Shown here: positions 45,405 to 54,652 of the stretch, piece after piece
Layout: each line of letters opens with the position of its first letter
How positions within the stretch are numbered: position 1 is the stretch's first letter
Assembly: GCA_041671365.1 (NCBI GenBank)
Contig: JBAZBP010000002.1
Coordinates: 65,052-129,051, forward strand
Reading direction: 5' to 3'
DNA from: Patescibacteria group bacterium
GTDB taxonomy: Bacteria > Patescibacteriota > Patescibacteriia > Patescibacteriales > UBA12465
DNA: 64,000 nt
Notes under the pieces: generated by a model
What the model was told of the DNA's origin: nothing
The model's input: the letters and a program-made list of their open reading frames with translations, nothing else
Database searches by the model: none
Program-made: the position numbers and the translations under genes

Positions 45405-46369
45405 TTATTTTCCTTCACGGCGCCGATACTTTTCGTTCTCGACGCTTTCTCCAAGGACTAAAAGATAAATTTACCCGCGAAGTCGACCCGAACTCCGGTA
45501 GTTTAAGCGTGCTGGACGGTCGAACCGTGGCCTTAAAAGATCTGACAGAAAAAATTAACACCGGATCGCTGTTTGTTAAAAAAAGAATGGTAATTATCGA
45601 AAATATTTTTAAAAATAAAAGTGATAAAATTTTTACAGAATTAAGCGATTATTTAAAAAAATTTTCCGGCAGCGAAGACAATATTATTATCTTTCGGGAA
45701 GAGGAAGCGAACACTAAAGATAAACCCTCAAAGGTGTCAGCCAAAAAGTTATCAAATTTCTTAAGCCAGCAACCATATTCCCAAGAATTTTCAGTTCTAA
45801 CCGGCGGCCAATTGCTAGCCTTCGTTAAAAAAGAGATTAATAGTTATAACCGAGAAATTGGACCGACCGCGGCCTCGCTGCTCATTAACTTAACAGACGG
45901 AGATTTATGGTTATTGTCAGGCGCCATAAAAAAATTAGCTTTTCACACCGATCAAAAAATTATCACGATTGAGGACGTTAAGGAAATGGTTGCCGGTTCT
46001 TACGATGAAAATATTTTCGGATTAACAGACGCCTTAAGCGCTAAAAATAAAAAATTAGCCATTACTCTATTAGAAGAACAATATGCCGCCGGGTTAAGCG
46101 ACGAATATCTGATTACTATGCTTACTCGTCAATTTAAAATTTTGTTACAAATCCGCGAAGCACTTAATCAAAAAATGAATATCTCCGATATTCCCGGCTA
46201 TCTCAAGCTTCATCCTTATATTGTTAAGAAGGGTTCTCTTCAGGCCAAAAATTTTACCGCCTTAACCCTAAAAAATTACCTAAATCATTTAATCAATTTA
46301 GATTTTTTAAATAAAACCAGTCCAATAAATATCAAAACCGAACTAACATTGTTTATTTCCGGACTATAA
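45401..46369 (+). CDS. holA: DNA polymerase III delta subunit
   Basis: The length, the MIIFLHGADTF start and the helical C-terminal pattern fit HolA. Confidence 0.7.
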   Translation: MIIFLHGADTFRSRRFLQGLKDKFTREVDPNSGSLSVLDGRTVALKDLTEKINTGSLFVKKRMVIIENIFKNKSDKIFTELSDYLKKFSGSEDNIIIFREEEANTKDKPSKVSAKKLSNFLSQQPYSQEFSVLTGGQLLAFVKKEINSYNREIGPTAASLLINLTDGDLWLLSGAIKKLAFHTDQKIITIEDVKEMVAGSYDENIFGLTDALSAKNKKLAITLLEEQYAAGLSDEYLITMLTRQFKILLQIREALNQKMNISDIPGYLKLHPYIVKKGSLQAKNFTALTLKNYLNHLINLDFLNKTSPINIKTELTLFISGL

Positions 46370-46449
46370 TCTCTTGCCTTTTTATTTATTATTTGTTATA
46401 GTCTGGGCAGAATTTTATTTTTTAATTTATAAAATTTTATCTAAAAATC

Positions 46450-46523
46450 GGGCAATTAGCTCAGTTGGTTAGAGCGCAACACTGATAATGTTGAGGTCGG
46501 TGGTTCGAGTCCACCATTGCCCA
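46450..46523 (+). tRNA. tRNA-Ile(GAU)
   Basis: Cloverleaf with anticodon loop cuGAUaa. Confidence 0.9.
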
Positions 46524-46557
46524 CTTTATTCGTCTGACAATAGATTAATAATATTAT

Positions 46558-46630
46558 AGCGGGGTAGAGCAGTTGGCAGCTCGCTAGGCCCATAACCTAG
46601 AGGTCGTCGGTTCGAATCCGACCCCCGCAA
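46558..46630 (+). tRNA. tRNA-Met(CAU), initiator-like
   Basis: Close to E. coli tRNA-fMet (GCGGGGU.GAGCAG...GGUCGUCGGUUCGAAUCCGACCCCCGCAA). It has a 1:72 mismatch (A:A) and the anticodon loop ccCAUaa, which has C at position 33. Confidence 0.8.
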
Positions 46631-46654
46631 CTAGTTTAACAATAGAATTTTCAT

Positions 46655-46973
46655 GCCTCGGTAGCTCAGTGGTAGAGCAAAGGACTGATTTTCGGTCCGC
46701 TTCATGGAAACATGGAGATGAAAATCGGGTGAATTCGGGGAAGCCTAAGGCCGCTGGTAGCGGCTATGGTAATCCCGAGCCAAGCCTTAATTGGGATAAA
46801 AAATTAAGGAAGGCGTAGAGACTAGCGGGTGAGCCCAACAATAACCCCGCCTAAGAGCGCCCGACTCCGTACTTAAGAGTATTAAGCGGAGATGAGATAG
46901 TCCAATCCTTGGGGAAACTCAAGCCAAAACAAGGAAAATCCTTGTGTCGTCAGTTCGATTCTGACCCGGGGCA
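46655..46973 (+). tRNA. tRNA-Phe(GAA) interrupted by a group I intron (exons 46655-46686 and 46934-46973)
   Basis: The joined exons give GCCUCGGUAGCUCAGUGGUAGAGCAAAGGACU|GAAAAUCCUUGUGUCGUCAGUUCGAUUCUGACCCGGGGCA, which resembles E. coli tRNA-Phe. Confidence 0.85.
46687..46933 (+). ncRNA. Group I intron (IC3-like, 247 nt, no ORF)
   Basis: AAUUCGGGGAAGCCUAAGG...UAUGGUAAUCCCGAGCCAAGCC and GGAAGGCGUAGAGACUAGCGGG...CCUAAG match the Azoarcus/cyanobacterial tRNA intron core. P1 pairs exon GGACU with intron GGUCC, with a U:G at the splice site. The intron ends in G. Confidence 0.85.
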
Positions 46974-47035
46974 CAAAAGTAAAAAACAAAATTAAATCTA
47001 TATTATACAGCCCTAACCGGGTTTAATTTTTATAA

Positions 47036-47110
47036 CGGGGTGTGGCCCAGTTGGTCTAAGGCGTCTGGTTTGGGACCAGAAGATCGAGAGTTCAAATCTC
47101 TCCACCCCGA
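47036..47110 (+). tRNA. tRNA-Pro(UGG)
   Basis: Cloverleaf with anticodon loop uuUGGga. Confidence 0.85.
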
Positions 47111-47149
47111 CAAAAAATAGGATCTTAACGATCCTATTTTTATTAATTT

Positions 47150-48265
47150 TTATTTAACAATTGACGTTGGCGACGGACGACTAGTAATTAAGTTAGTAAT
47201 TCGAGCCATCCCCCAGCCTAACCCAATAAACAAGATGAGGTATAAAATGACCGCCAGCCATTCCCAACCGGCCGGCATAAAACGATAAATAAAATCATAA
47301 CGATACATAAGAGGCCAATGAAGCAAATAAATTTCATAAGAATACACTCCGAACCAATAAAATAATTTAAACTCAATTTTTTTTAGAATAAATACGCCCA
47401 GCAAGGCCAAAACCGCCACAATGCTCATGGCTTGTTCCAGATTGGCGCTAAAGCCGATGCCCGAATGAGTATTCGCATAAACAAAAATCCCCAATAGACC
47501 CGCTAGCGAGAAATAATAAAAAAATGACTGCCAGCCACGCGTTAAATTTTCTAAAAATTTCGGATTCTTAATTTTAGGCATCAACCAGGCAAGAAACACT
47601 CCTAAGGGAAAGGCAACAATATGAACCCGATATAAATGAACGGCATTGACTAACTGCACCGGGTTCCACCAAATCAACAGATAGCCAATCAGATACATAA
47701 TAATTGCCGACAACCAGGGTCTAGTTTTAGAAAAAAGTAGAGGAAACGCCAAATAATAAATTAAAATAAAAGTAAAATACCAAAGCGGAGAATTTATATC
47801 TTGGTATAGATCAGCGCGAGTAAAAATTCCTAAAAATGACCAACCGATATAATTCCAAGAATAATTTATTTTTAAAACCAATAAATCTAAAACTAAGAAA
47901 ACAAGCAACGCTAGCCAGAATGGTATAAATAATTTTATCAATCTCCTCTGATAAAACTGCTTAATCGTCAAATTTTTTTGCAGTTGACTGACGGCCAAAC
48001 CGTAGCCCGACAAAAGTAAAAACAAATCAACGCCCACGCCGGCCAAACTGGACAGCGGCCAGAGAAAACGATGGTCGTTAACCAAGAAATAACCGATATG
48101 CGAAAAAACGATCATTAAAATAGCCAAACCTTTCAACTCGGTCGACAAAGAAGGTGGAATCCCGACAGTGTCTTGGCGTCGCCGAACAAAAATTACTAAA
48201 ACTAAAAAAAAGATAACAGAAAAAATTTCCGTCGCTTGGACGGCGCTACTTATTGATATTATCAT
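47150..48265 (-). CDS. Acyltransferase family 3 membrane protein (OafA-like)
   Basis: About 10 TM helices and the typical GLAILMIVFSH start. Confidence 0.8.
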   Translation of the reverse strand: MIISISSAVQATEIFSVIFFLVLVIFVRRRQDTVGIPPSLSTELKGLAILMIVFSHIGYFLVNDHRFLWPLSSLAGVGVDLFLLLSGYGLAVSQLQKNLTIKQFYQRRLIKLFIPFWLALLVFLVLDLLVLKINYSWNYIGWSFLGIFTRADLYQDINSPLWYFTFILIYYLAFPLLFSKTRPWLSAIIMYLIGYLLIWWNPVQLVNAVHLYRVHIVAFPLGVFLAWLMPKIKNPKFLENLTRGWQSFFYYFSLAGLLGIFVYANTHSGIGFSANLEQAMSIVAVLALLGVFILKKIEFKLFYWFGVYSYEIYLLHWPLMYRYDFIYRFMPAGWEWLAVILYLILFIGLGWGMARITNLITSRPSPTSIVK

Positions 48266-49025
48266 AAATTATATCCGCCCAAATTTTATAACCTGTAGCG
48301 GAAGGATGAAATAAGTCGACGCTGTAATGAGCGCCTGATGTTTTAAATAAAGCGACGGTCGGCGTATATAAATCGATATAAGACACCGAATATTTATTAG
48401 CTAATTGTTTAATAATTTTATTAAATTCTTTGGTCCGAGCATCAAGTAAATAATTATAGGGCGGCAAAACTAAAGTGTCGGCTCCAATAAACGGCAAGTT
48501 GATCACATAAATTTTAGCGCTAGTTTCCTTGGTTAAACGGCTTAAAATCCGGTCATAATTATTTTTAAAATTGTCAGCCGAAATTATCCCATGAATATCG
48601 TTAATACCAATTAAAACAGTAACGATATCCGGGCCATCTTTAATGGCTAACGGCAATAATTTATCCAAAAGATCCTCAGTTTTCGTACCGGGAGTAGCTC
48701 GATCTTTTAAGGTGACCGCCTGATCACTTTTTCCAAATCGCCGGGCTAATAAATAAGGAAAGGAGTCATTATAATTACTTAAACCCACTCCCGCGGTTAA
48801 ACTGTCCCCCAGGGCTACATAGACTATGGGCTCTTTCACTAAATTATTATCAGCGCCGCCGCTTACCATATAAGTTCCCTGCCGATCACTAAATTGCAGA
48901 TTAGCTCCTCCTATTTTACTATAAAAATAGGAATAAGATCGATTTAAATAAACACATAAAAAAACTATAAAAATTATGACCAGGACAATAACTTGTCGTG
49001 GGCGCCTAGCGTGAAATAATGTCAT
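48246..49025 (-). CDS. SGNH/GDSL hydrolase
   Basis: ALGDSLTAG block I, GINDI, and DLFHPS (DxxH). Confidence 0.8.
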   Translation of the reverse strand: MTLFHARRPRQVIVLVIIFIVFLCVYLNRSYSYFYSKIGGANLQFSDRQGTYMVSGGADNNLVKEPIVYVALGDSLTAGVGLSNYNDSFPYLLARRFGKSDQAVTLKDRATPGTKTEDLLDKLLPLAIKDGPDIVTVLIGINDIHGIISADNFKNNYDRILSRLTKETSAKIYVINLPFIGADTLVLPPYNYLLDARTKEFNKIIKQLANKYSVSYIDLYTPTVALFKTSGAHYSVDLFHPSATGYKIWADIIYDNINK

Positions 49026-49135
49026 ACCTTATCAGTATATAACAAAACTAAAAATTTTGCCCGCCGCCTCTTGATTTTTATTTATTATTATGTTAAACTC
49101 CAAGTAATTATTAATTTATATTTAGACAATTTCGT

Positions 49136-49396
49136 ATGCCTAACAAGAAATCAGCCATCAAAGAACTGCGTAAATCTGTAAAAAGAAACGCCGCCAATAA
49201 AAAAGTCTCCGACAAATTTAAAGGCTTGGTTAAGGCTAGCTTAAAACAAATTAAAGCTGGCGATCAAAAAGTCAAACAGGATTTTATTAAAACCGTCAAA
49301 GCGCTAGACAAAGCGGTTAAAAAAGGAATTATCAAAAAAAACACCGCTTCCCGTAAAAAATCTCGACTGATGAAAAAAATTAACGTTTTAAAATAA
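49136..49396 (+). CDS. rpsT: 30S ribosomal protein S20
   Basis: MPNKKSAIKELRKSVKRN. Confidence 0.9.
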   Translation: MPNKKSAIKELRKSVKRNAANKKVSDKFKGLVKASLKQIKAGDQKVKQDFIKTVKALDKAVKKGIIKKNTASRKKSRLMKKINVLK

Positions 49397-49477
49397 AACT
49401 AATTAAGTTTATTTATATTAATGTACTCATCTTGGATGCGGATTGCTTAACCGCTTCTCGGATCGAGCGCCAAAACC

Positions 49478-49825
49478 ATGTTAGACAAAAAAGCTAAAGA
49501 AAGAATTATTAAAAAATTTCGAGTTCATGATACTGATACCGGATCTTCCCAGGTCCAAATCGCTATTTTGACTGAAGAAATTAAAGAATTGACCGAACAT
49601 TTAAAAAGACACAAACACGACTTCTCTTCTCGACGCGGCTTATTAAAAAAGGTCAGTGAAAGACGAAAATTGTTAAAATATTTACAAAAGGAGAGTCCTG
49701 AGGAATTTAAAGATTTAGCAGAAAAATTAAAATTAAGATTGCTCAGAAATTACAGGAAGAAGAAGAGGAAGAAAAGAAAAAGGAAAAAAACTATATTAAT
49801 CCGGAAGAAGAGGGGATCGAAGTAA
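49478..49825 (+). CDS. rpsO: 30S ribosomal protein S15 with a Lys/Arg-rich C-terminal extension
   Basis: DTGSSQVQIAILTEEI and HDFSSRRGLLKKVSERRKLLKYL. Homology ends near KLKLR, and about 28 basic residues follow. Confidence 0.85.
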   Translation: MLDKKAKERIIKKFRVHDTDTGSSQVQIAILTEEIKELTEHLKRHKHDFSSRRGLLKKVSERRKLLKYLQKESPEEFKDLAEKLKLRLLRNYRKKKRKKRKRKKTILIRKKRGSK

Positions 49826-49856
49826 AGGAAGAAGTGGAGGAAGAAAAATAATAATT

Positions 49857-50360
49857 ATGATAAAACACAAAGAACAACGAGTCGGAATTTTAGTCGATGT
49901 TTCCAACATGTATCATTCCGCTAAAAATCTGTATAACAAAAAAACTAATTTTAAAGAGATTTTGATTAAAGCCGTGGCCGGCCGGAAGCTTATCCGGGCC
50001 ACGGCTTATGCTATCCGTACGGAAAACAAAGAAGAATCGCCTTTTGTCGAAGCCCTAGAACAACAAGGCTTTGAAGTTAAAATGAAAGATCTACAAATTT
50101 TTGCCGGCGGGGCAAAAAAAGCGGATTGGGACGTCGGAATTGCCATTGACGCCATTAAACTGGCAAACAAGCTGGATGTAATAGTTATCGTTTCCGGAGA
50201 CGGCGATTATTTGCCTCTGGTATCCTACCTGCAGAACAACAAAGGCTGCCTGGTAGAAATCATGGCTTTCCGCAAAACCTGTTCTTCTAAATTAATCGAG
50301 GAAGCGGACGACTTCACGGATCTGGGCGGTAATAAAAAGTTTTTAATTTATAATAATTAA
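49857..50360 (+). CDS. NYN/LabA-like (DUF88) domain protein
   Basis: VGILVDVSNMY and VIVSGDGDYLPLV. Confidence 0.8.
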   Translation: MIKHKEQRVGILVDVSNMYHSAKNLYNKKTNFKEILIKAVAGRKLIRATAYAIRTENKEESPFVEALEQQGFEVKMKDLQIFAGGAKKADWDVGIAIDAIKLANKLDVIVIVSGDGDYLPLVSYLQNNKGCLVEIMAFRKTCSSKLIEEADDFTDLGGNKKFLIYNN

Positions 50361-50486
50361 TTAATCTCTGGCGGTTACGACCGTTCAGAAATTAAAAATA
50401 AAATTAATAAGGTTCTGACCGCTAAATAGATAGCACTGTATATTAATACAGTTCTGTAATTTAACGGCCCAGGACTCACAAAAATT

Positions 50487-52751
50487 ATGGAAAAAGTATT
50501 TACGAGAGAATGGCTGGGCCGTCCTCTCACTATTAAGACCGGGAAAGTTGCTCTACAGGCCGATGCGGCCGTTTGGGTCCAGTACGGCGAAACCGTGATT
50601 CAAGCGACAGTCGTGCAATCAAAAACTGAACGCGAAGGAATTGATTTCTTTCCGCTGATGGTGGAACTGGATGAAAAATTATATGCCGCGGGAATTATCA
50701 AAGGTTCACGCTGGATTAAACGTGAAGGACGACCGACCGATTCGGCAGTTTTAACCGGCCGCATGATTGATCGCTCTATTCGCCCGCTATTTACTCCCAG
50801 CGATAATCGCGATGTCCAGGTAATTATTACTACGCTGACAGTTGATCAAGAAAATGATCATGACGTTGTAGCTTTAATCGCCGCCTCCGCTGTTTTAGCC
50901 ATTTCTGGCTTAGCCTGGAATGGTCCGATTGGCGGTATCCGCGTTGGTTTAATCGAGGGAAAATTCATCTTTAATCCGACCTACGCCGAACAAGCCAAAA
51001 GCTCCTTAGACCTTATTGTGGCCGGAACAGACAAAAAGGTTATTATGATTGAAGCCGGCGCCAATGAAATACCGGAAGAACTTATGTTACAGGCTATTAT
51101 GTCCGGCCAAAAAGCCATGCAGACAGCCATAGAATTAATTAATGAGTTAAAGAAAGGCGTTACTCCTAAAAAATCAACGGAAATAAGCGTTAAGACAAAA
51201 ACAGCCGAAGAAAAGAAGGCGGCCACGGAAAAAATTGAACTCTTAAAAACCGGTGAAGATTGGTTAAGGGCTAATGTTAAAAAAATATTATTCGATAAAA
51301 TTTATTATACCAAAGGCGAACGTAAAGCGGCGGTAACCGCTATTAAAGACCAATTAGAAGAATATTTAACGACTCTGGATTTAAACAGCGATAAGCGTCG
51401 TTTCATTATAAAAAAATTAGTAGAAAAAATAATTGATGAAGAGGTGACTCTAGCTATTATTGAAAATAAACACCGAGTTGACGGCCGGTCCTTAGACGAA
51501 ATTCGTCCTTTACTGGCCGAAGTGGCTATTCTGCCTCGCGATCACGGTACGGCTCTTTTTTCTCGCGGCGAAACTCAAGTTATGTCAATCGTAACTTTAG
51601 GCGCTCCCGGACTGGAACAATCTCTGGAAGGTTTAGAGGGCCAAAGTAAAAAACGCTACATGCATCATTATAATTTTCCGCCTTATTCGGTCGGCGAAGC
51701 TTCACCGCTACGTGGCACCGGACGACGAGAAATCGGCCATGGCGCTTTAGCGGAAAAAGCTTTACTCCCAATGATTCCGGCTCACGATGAATTTCCTTAC
51801 ACGATTCGTCTGGTTAGTGAAACTTTAGGTTCTAACGGCTCATCCTCCATGGCCTCTACCTGCGCTTCGACTTTAGCTTTAATGGACGCCGGTATTCCGA
51901 TAAAAAAACCAGTAGCCGGCATTGCCATGGGCTTAGCCTCTAACGCCGATATGAGCAAATGGGAAGTTTTAACCGACTTACAGGACCTAGAAGACGGTGA
52001 TGGTGGTATGGATTTTAAAATAACCGGTACTGACACCGGTTTAACCGCTATCCAGCTAGACACCAAAACTACCGGTTTAACCGAGGAAATAATCACTAAA
52101 ACCTTAACTCAGGGAAGAACAGCTCTTAACCAAATCCTAGAAGTTATCAAAAAAACTATTCCCGCTCCACGAGCCGAGCTATCGAAATATGCGCCACGAT
52201 TAATAAGCTTTAGCGTTGATCCGGAGAAGATCGGAGCTATCATCGGGCCGGGAGGAAAAATTATTAATAAAATTATTGCCGAAACCGGAGTTAGTATAGA
52301 CATCGAAGATACCGGTTTAGTAATGATTTGCGGAACTGATGCCGCCATGGTTGATGAAGCGGTTAAACAGGTCAAGCAAATAGTCCATGTTTTTGCCGCC
52401 GGTGAAATAATAAAGGGTAAAGTCGTGCGCTTATTGGATTTCGGAGCTTTTATCGCTCTAAATGCTAGTCAGGACGGTATGGCCCACGTTAGCGAATTGG
52501 CTCCCTACCGGATTGAAAAACCCAGCGACTTCTTAACCATTGGCGATATTGTGACCGTCAAAATCAGAGAAATTGACGATCAAGGACGAATTAACTTAAC
52601 CATGAAAGGACTGGAGGACAACGCCCCTTTGTGGAAAGACGAAAAGGGTAAATCAACCGGAACTTCTTTTGGCGGTAGTGGCGGACGGCCAAGCTTTGGA
52701 AACGGCGGACGCAGCGGCGGACCAAGCCGACCGAGCCGTTTCAGTCGTTAG
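50487..52751 (+). CDS. pnp: Polyribonucleotide nucleotidyltransferase (PNPase)
   Basis: Two RNase PH domains, a KH domain (IGPGGKIINKI), an S1 domain and a Gly/Arg tail. Confidence 0.95.
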   Translation: MEKVFTREWLGRPLTIKTGKVALQADAAVWVQYGETVIQATVVQSKTEREGIDFFPLMVELDEKLYAAGIIKGSRWIKREGRPTDSAVLTGRMIDRSIRPLFTPSDNRDVQVIITTLTVDQENDHDVVALIAASAVLAISGLAWNGPIGGIRVGLIEGKFIFNPTYAEQAKSSLDLIVAGTDKKVIMIEAGANEIPEELMLQAIMSGQKAMQTAIELINELKKGVTPKKSTEISVKTKTAEEKKAATEKIELLKTGEDWLRANVKKILFDKIYYTKGERKAAVTAIKDQLEEYLTTLDLNSDKRRFIIKKLVEKIIDEEVTLAIIENKHRVDGRSLDEIRPLLAEVAILPRDHGTALFSRGETQVMSIVTLGAPGLEQSLEGLEGQSKKRYMHHYNFPPYSVGEASPLRGTGRREIGHGALAEKALLPMIPAHDEFPYTIRLVSETLGSNGSSSMASTCASTLALMDAGIPIKKPVAGIAMGLASNADMSKWEVLTDLQDLEDGDGGMDFKITGTDTGLTAIQLDTKTTGLTEEIITKTLTQGRTALNQILEVIKKTIPAPRAELSKYAPRLISFSVDPEKIGAIIGPGGKIINKIIAETGVSIDIEDTGLVMICGTDAAMVDEAVKQVKQIVHVFAAGEIIKGKVVRLLDFGAFIALNASQDGMAHVSELAPYRIEKPSDFLTIGDIVTVKIREIDDQGRINLTMKGLEDNAPLWKDEKGKSTGTSFGGSGGRPSFGNGGRSGGPSRPSRFSR

Positions 52752-52841
52752 CACCAAAGATCTAATTATATTGACTTTTATTTAATATTAAGCTATTATT
52801 TTCCCAGATAAAATAATAAAATAATACTGAAAACTAAAATT

Positions 52842-53243
52842 ATGTTAGCAATCAAACTGGCTAAAACCGGAAAAACCAACAAGAAAATGTTTCGTTTAAT
52901 CGTGTCTGAAAAATGCCGCGATCCGTACGGAGATGTTTTAGAAATTTTAGGATCATACAATCCTCACTCTAAGGAATTAGCAACCAAAACTGATAGAATT
53001 AAGTATTGGTTATCTAAAGGGGCACAGATGACCGCCACGGTTAATAATTTACTAGTGGAAAAAAAGATAATCGAAGGAAAAAAAGCGACTGCTTCCAAGG
53101 TGGGAAAGAAGAGTGAAAAAAGAGTTGCCCAGGTTAAATCTAAAAATGATAAAAAGGCTGCTCGCGAAACCGCACCAAAACCCGAAGCCCCAGTGGAAAC
53201 CCCGACAGAAATCGCTACCGAAGCTCCAATAGAAAAAGTTTAA
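52842..53243 (+). CDS. rpsP: 30S ribosomal protein S16 with a C-terminal extension
   Basis: MLAIKLAKTGKTNKKMFRLIV and GSYNP. Confidence 0.9.
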   Translation: MLAIKLAKTGKTNKKMFRLIVSEKCRDPYGDVLEILGSYNPHSKELATKTDRIKYWLSKGAQMTATVNNLLVEKKIIEGKKATASKVGKKSEKRVAQVKSKNDKKAARETAPKPEAPVETPTEIATEAPIEKV

Positions 53244-53375
53244 ACCGGAATAATTAACATTGACAAATTAAGATTAAGTATTACAATTAGTAATATAAGG
53301 CTGCTAGATGGCAGTTATTTAATAAAATTTCTTTCTATTTTGACCACTTTTAAATGTTCAAAATCTGAAAGACAA

Positions 53376-53738
53376 ATGAAAATTATGGTAGAACAAGACA
53401 AAGAGTTTCTAGAAATGGTCGTGAAGAGCATCGTTGGTAATCCGAACGATGTCGTAGTAGACCGAACGATTGACGAAAGAGGCGTCCTTTTGACCCTCAA
53501 GACCAATCCGGCGGACATGGGTTATGTTATTGGCCGCAAAGGACAAACCGCGCAGTCAATTCGCACCTTATTAAAAATTATCGGTGCTAAAAATAACTCC
53601 CGCGTTAACCTCAAGATCTATGACCCTGAGGGAGGTAATCACGTTAGAACCGAGAGAAGTGAAAGTCGTGGCGAATCAGCTCATCGGGACAGCCGAGACG
53701 AGATTGATACTTCCGCGATTGATGATTTGAAAATTTAA
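53376..53738 (+). CDS. KH-domain RNA-binding protein (YlqC/UPF0109-like)
   Basis: VIGRKGQTAQSIRTLLK (GxxG KH motif). I chose the start at MKIMVEQ. Confidence 0.8.
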   Translation: MKIMVEQDKEFLEMVVKSIVGNPNDVVVDRTIDERGVLLTLKTNPADMGYVIGRKGQTAQSIRTLLKIIGAKNNSRVNLKIYDPEGGNHVRTERSESRGESAHRDSRDEIDTSAIDDLKI

Positions 53739-53766
53739 ACATCAATATATTATCTAAGCCAAAAAA

Positions 53767-53793
53767 GTCCCGTGTAAAAATGGGACTTTTTTG
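53767..53793 (+). terminator. Rho-independent terminator
   Basis: gtccc...gggac hairpin followed by tttttt. Confidence 0.7.
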
Positions 53794-53971
53794 ATATAAT
53801 AGATATAATCGAAAATTATAGTTATGATTAGAAATTATGTTTTAAGGAGCGAATGTTCTTTTCGTCGAGAAAAAAGGAGCGTTTCGCGACTTTTTTCCAC
53901 AGAAAAGAACTAGCGGGAAAAACATGATTTCGAATCATTACGACTCGAATTTTAATTAACCCATCTCTTAT

Positions 53972-54652
53972 ATGAAATTTCATCTTTTAACCATTTTCCC
54001 CGATATTTTTAACTCTTATATTAATGAGGGTATTTTAAAACGGGCGCAAGCTAAAAAAATTATAAAATTCAGAATTCATAATTTACGCGACTGGACAAAC
54101 GATAAGCATAAAACCGTCGATGATACTCCTTACGGCGGCGGCGCCGGCATGCTCATGAAAATAGAGCCGTTGTATCATGCTCTTCAAGCTATAAAAAAAC
54201 TGGATAAAAAAATTAAGCCGGCGAAAAAAAAGATTATTTTATTATCGGCCTCGGGAAAAAAATGGACTCAAGCGCAAGCGCAAAAATATTCTAAACTGGA
54301 AGAAATTATTTTTATCTGCGGCCGCTATGAGGGAGTGGATGCCAGAATAAAAAAATTTATTGATGAAGAAATATCGGTCGGCGACTATGTCCTGACCGGA
54401 GGAGAGTTGCCGGCCTTAACCATTATTGATTCGATTACTCGCCTCCTACCCGGAGTTCTGGGCAACGCCGCCAGCACGATTGAAGAATCACACTCACAAG
54501 CCGGCCTACTGGAATATCCGCAGTATACTCGTCCGGAAATTTTTTCAGCCGGTGGAAAAAAATATAAAGTTCCGCCAACATTATTATCGGGCAATCATCA
54601 AAAAATTAAAGAGTGGAGAGACGGGCAACTTTCCAGCCTCCTTCCGTCTTAA
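53972..54652 (+). CDS. trmD: tRNA (guanine37-N1)-methyltransferase
   Basis: DDTPYGGGAGM, CGRYEGVD and GDYVLTGGE. Confidence 0.95.
   Translation: MKFHLLTIFPDIFNSYINEGILKRAQAKKIIKFRIHNLRDWTNDKHKTVDDTPYGGGAGMLMKIEPLYHALQAIKKLDKKIKPAKKKIILLSASGKKWTQAQAQKYSKLEEIIFICGRYEGVDARIKKFIDEEISVGDYVLTGGELPALTIIDSITRLLPGVLGNAASTIEESHSQAGLLEYPQYTRPEIFSAGGKKYKVPPTLLSGNHQKIKEWRDGQLSSLLPS

Noticed and set aside
49397-49477. Possible S15 autoregulatory leader (hairpin gcgg-attgctta-accgc), and a superficial resemblance of aatgtactc to the 3' end of the hammerhead units.
   Set aside because: There is only one short hairpin. No CUGAUGA/GAAA core is present, and I cannot match any rpsO leader family from memory. 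The evidence is insufficient.
434-52375. Many 60-140-aa ORFs in the track that lie antisense to or nested inside long recognisable genes. Examples are 434..700, 3201..3392, 3432..3848, 4932..5117, 9672..9883, 10743..11404, 15198..17684, 20233..20867, 24062..24277, 25129..26026, 36471..36958, 37742..39128, 41981..44446, 50981..52375, 54385..54656, 55753..55950, 56373..56597, 58812..59234, 60664..60909 and 61619..62094.
   Set aside because: They are shadow ORFs inside genes with clear family motifs on the other strand or frame. They have low-complexity or odd composition and no SD, so I did not report them as genes.
53739-53971. Missing rimM between the KH-protein gene and trmD. The 230-nt gap contains a 29-codon ORF and small palindromes (gttcttttc...gaaaagaac).
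   Set aside because: The mini-ORF has no SD and no recognisable RimM remnant. It is probably just a terminator/promoter spacer. I note the missing rimM as a genome-style trait only.
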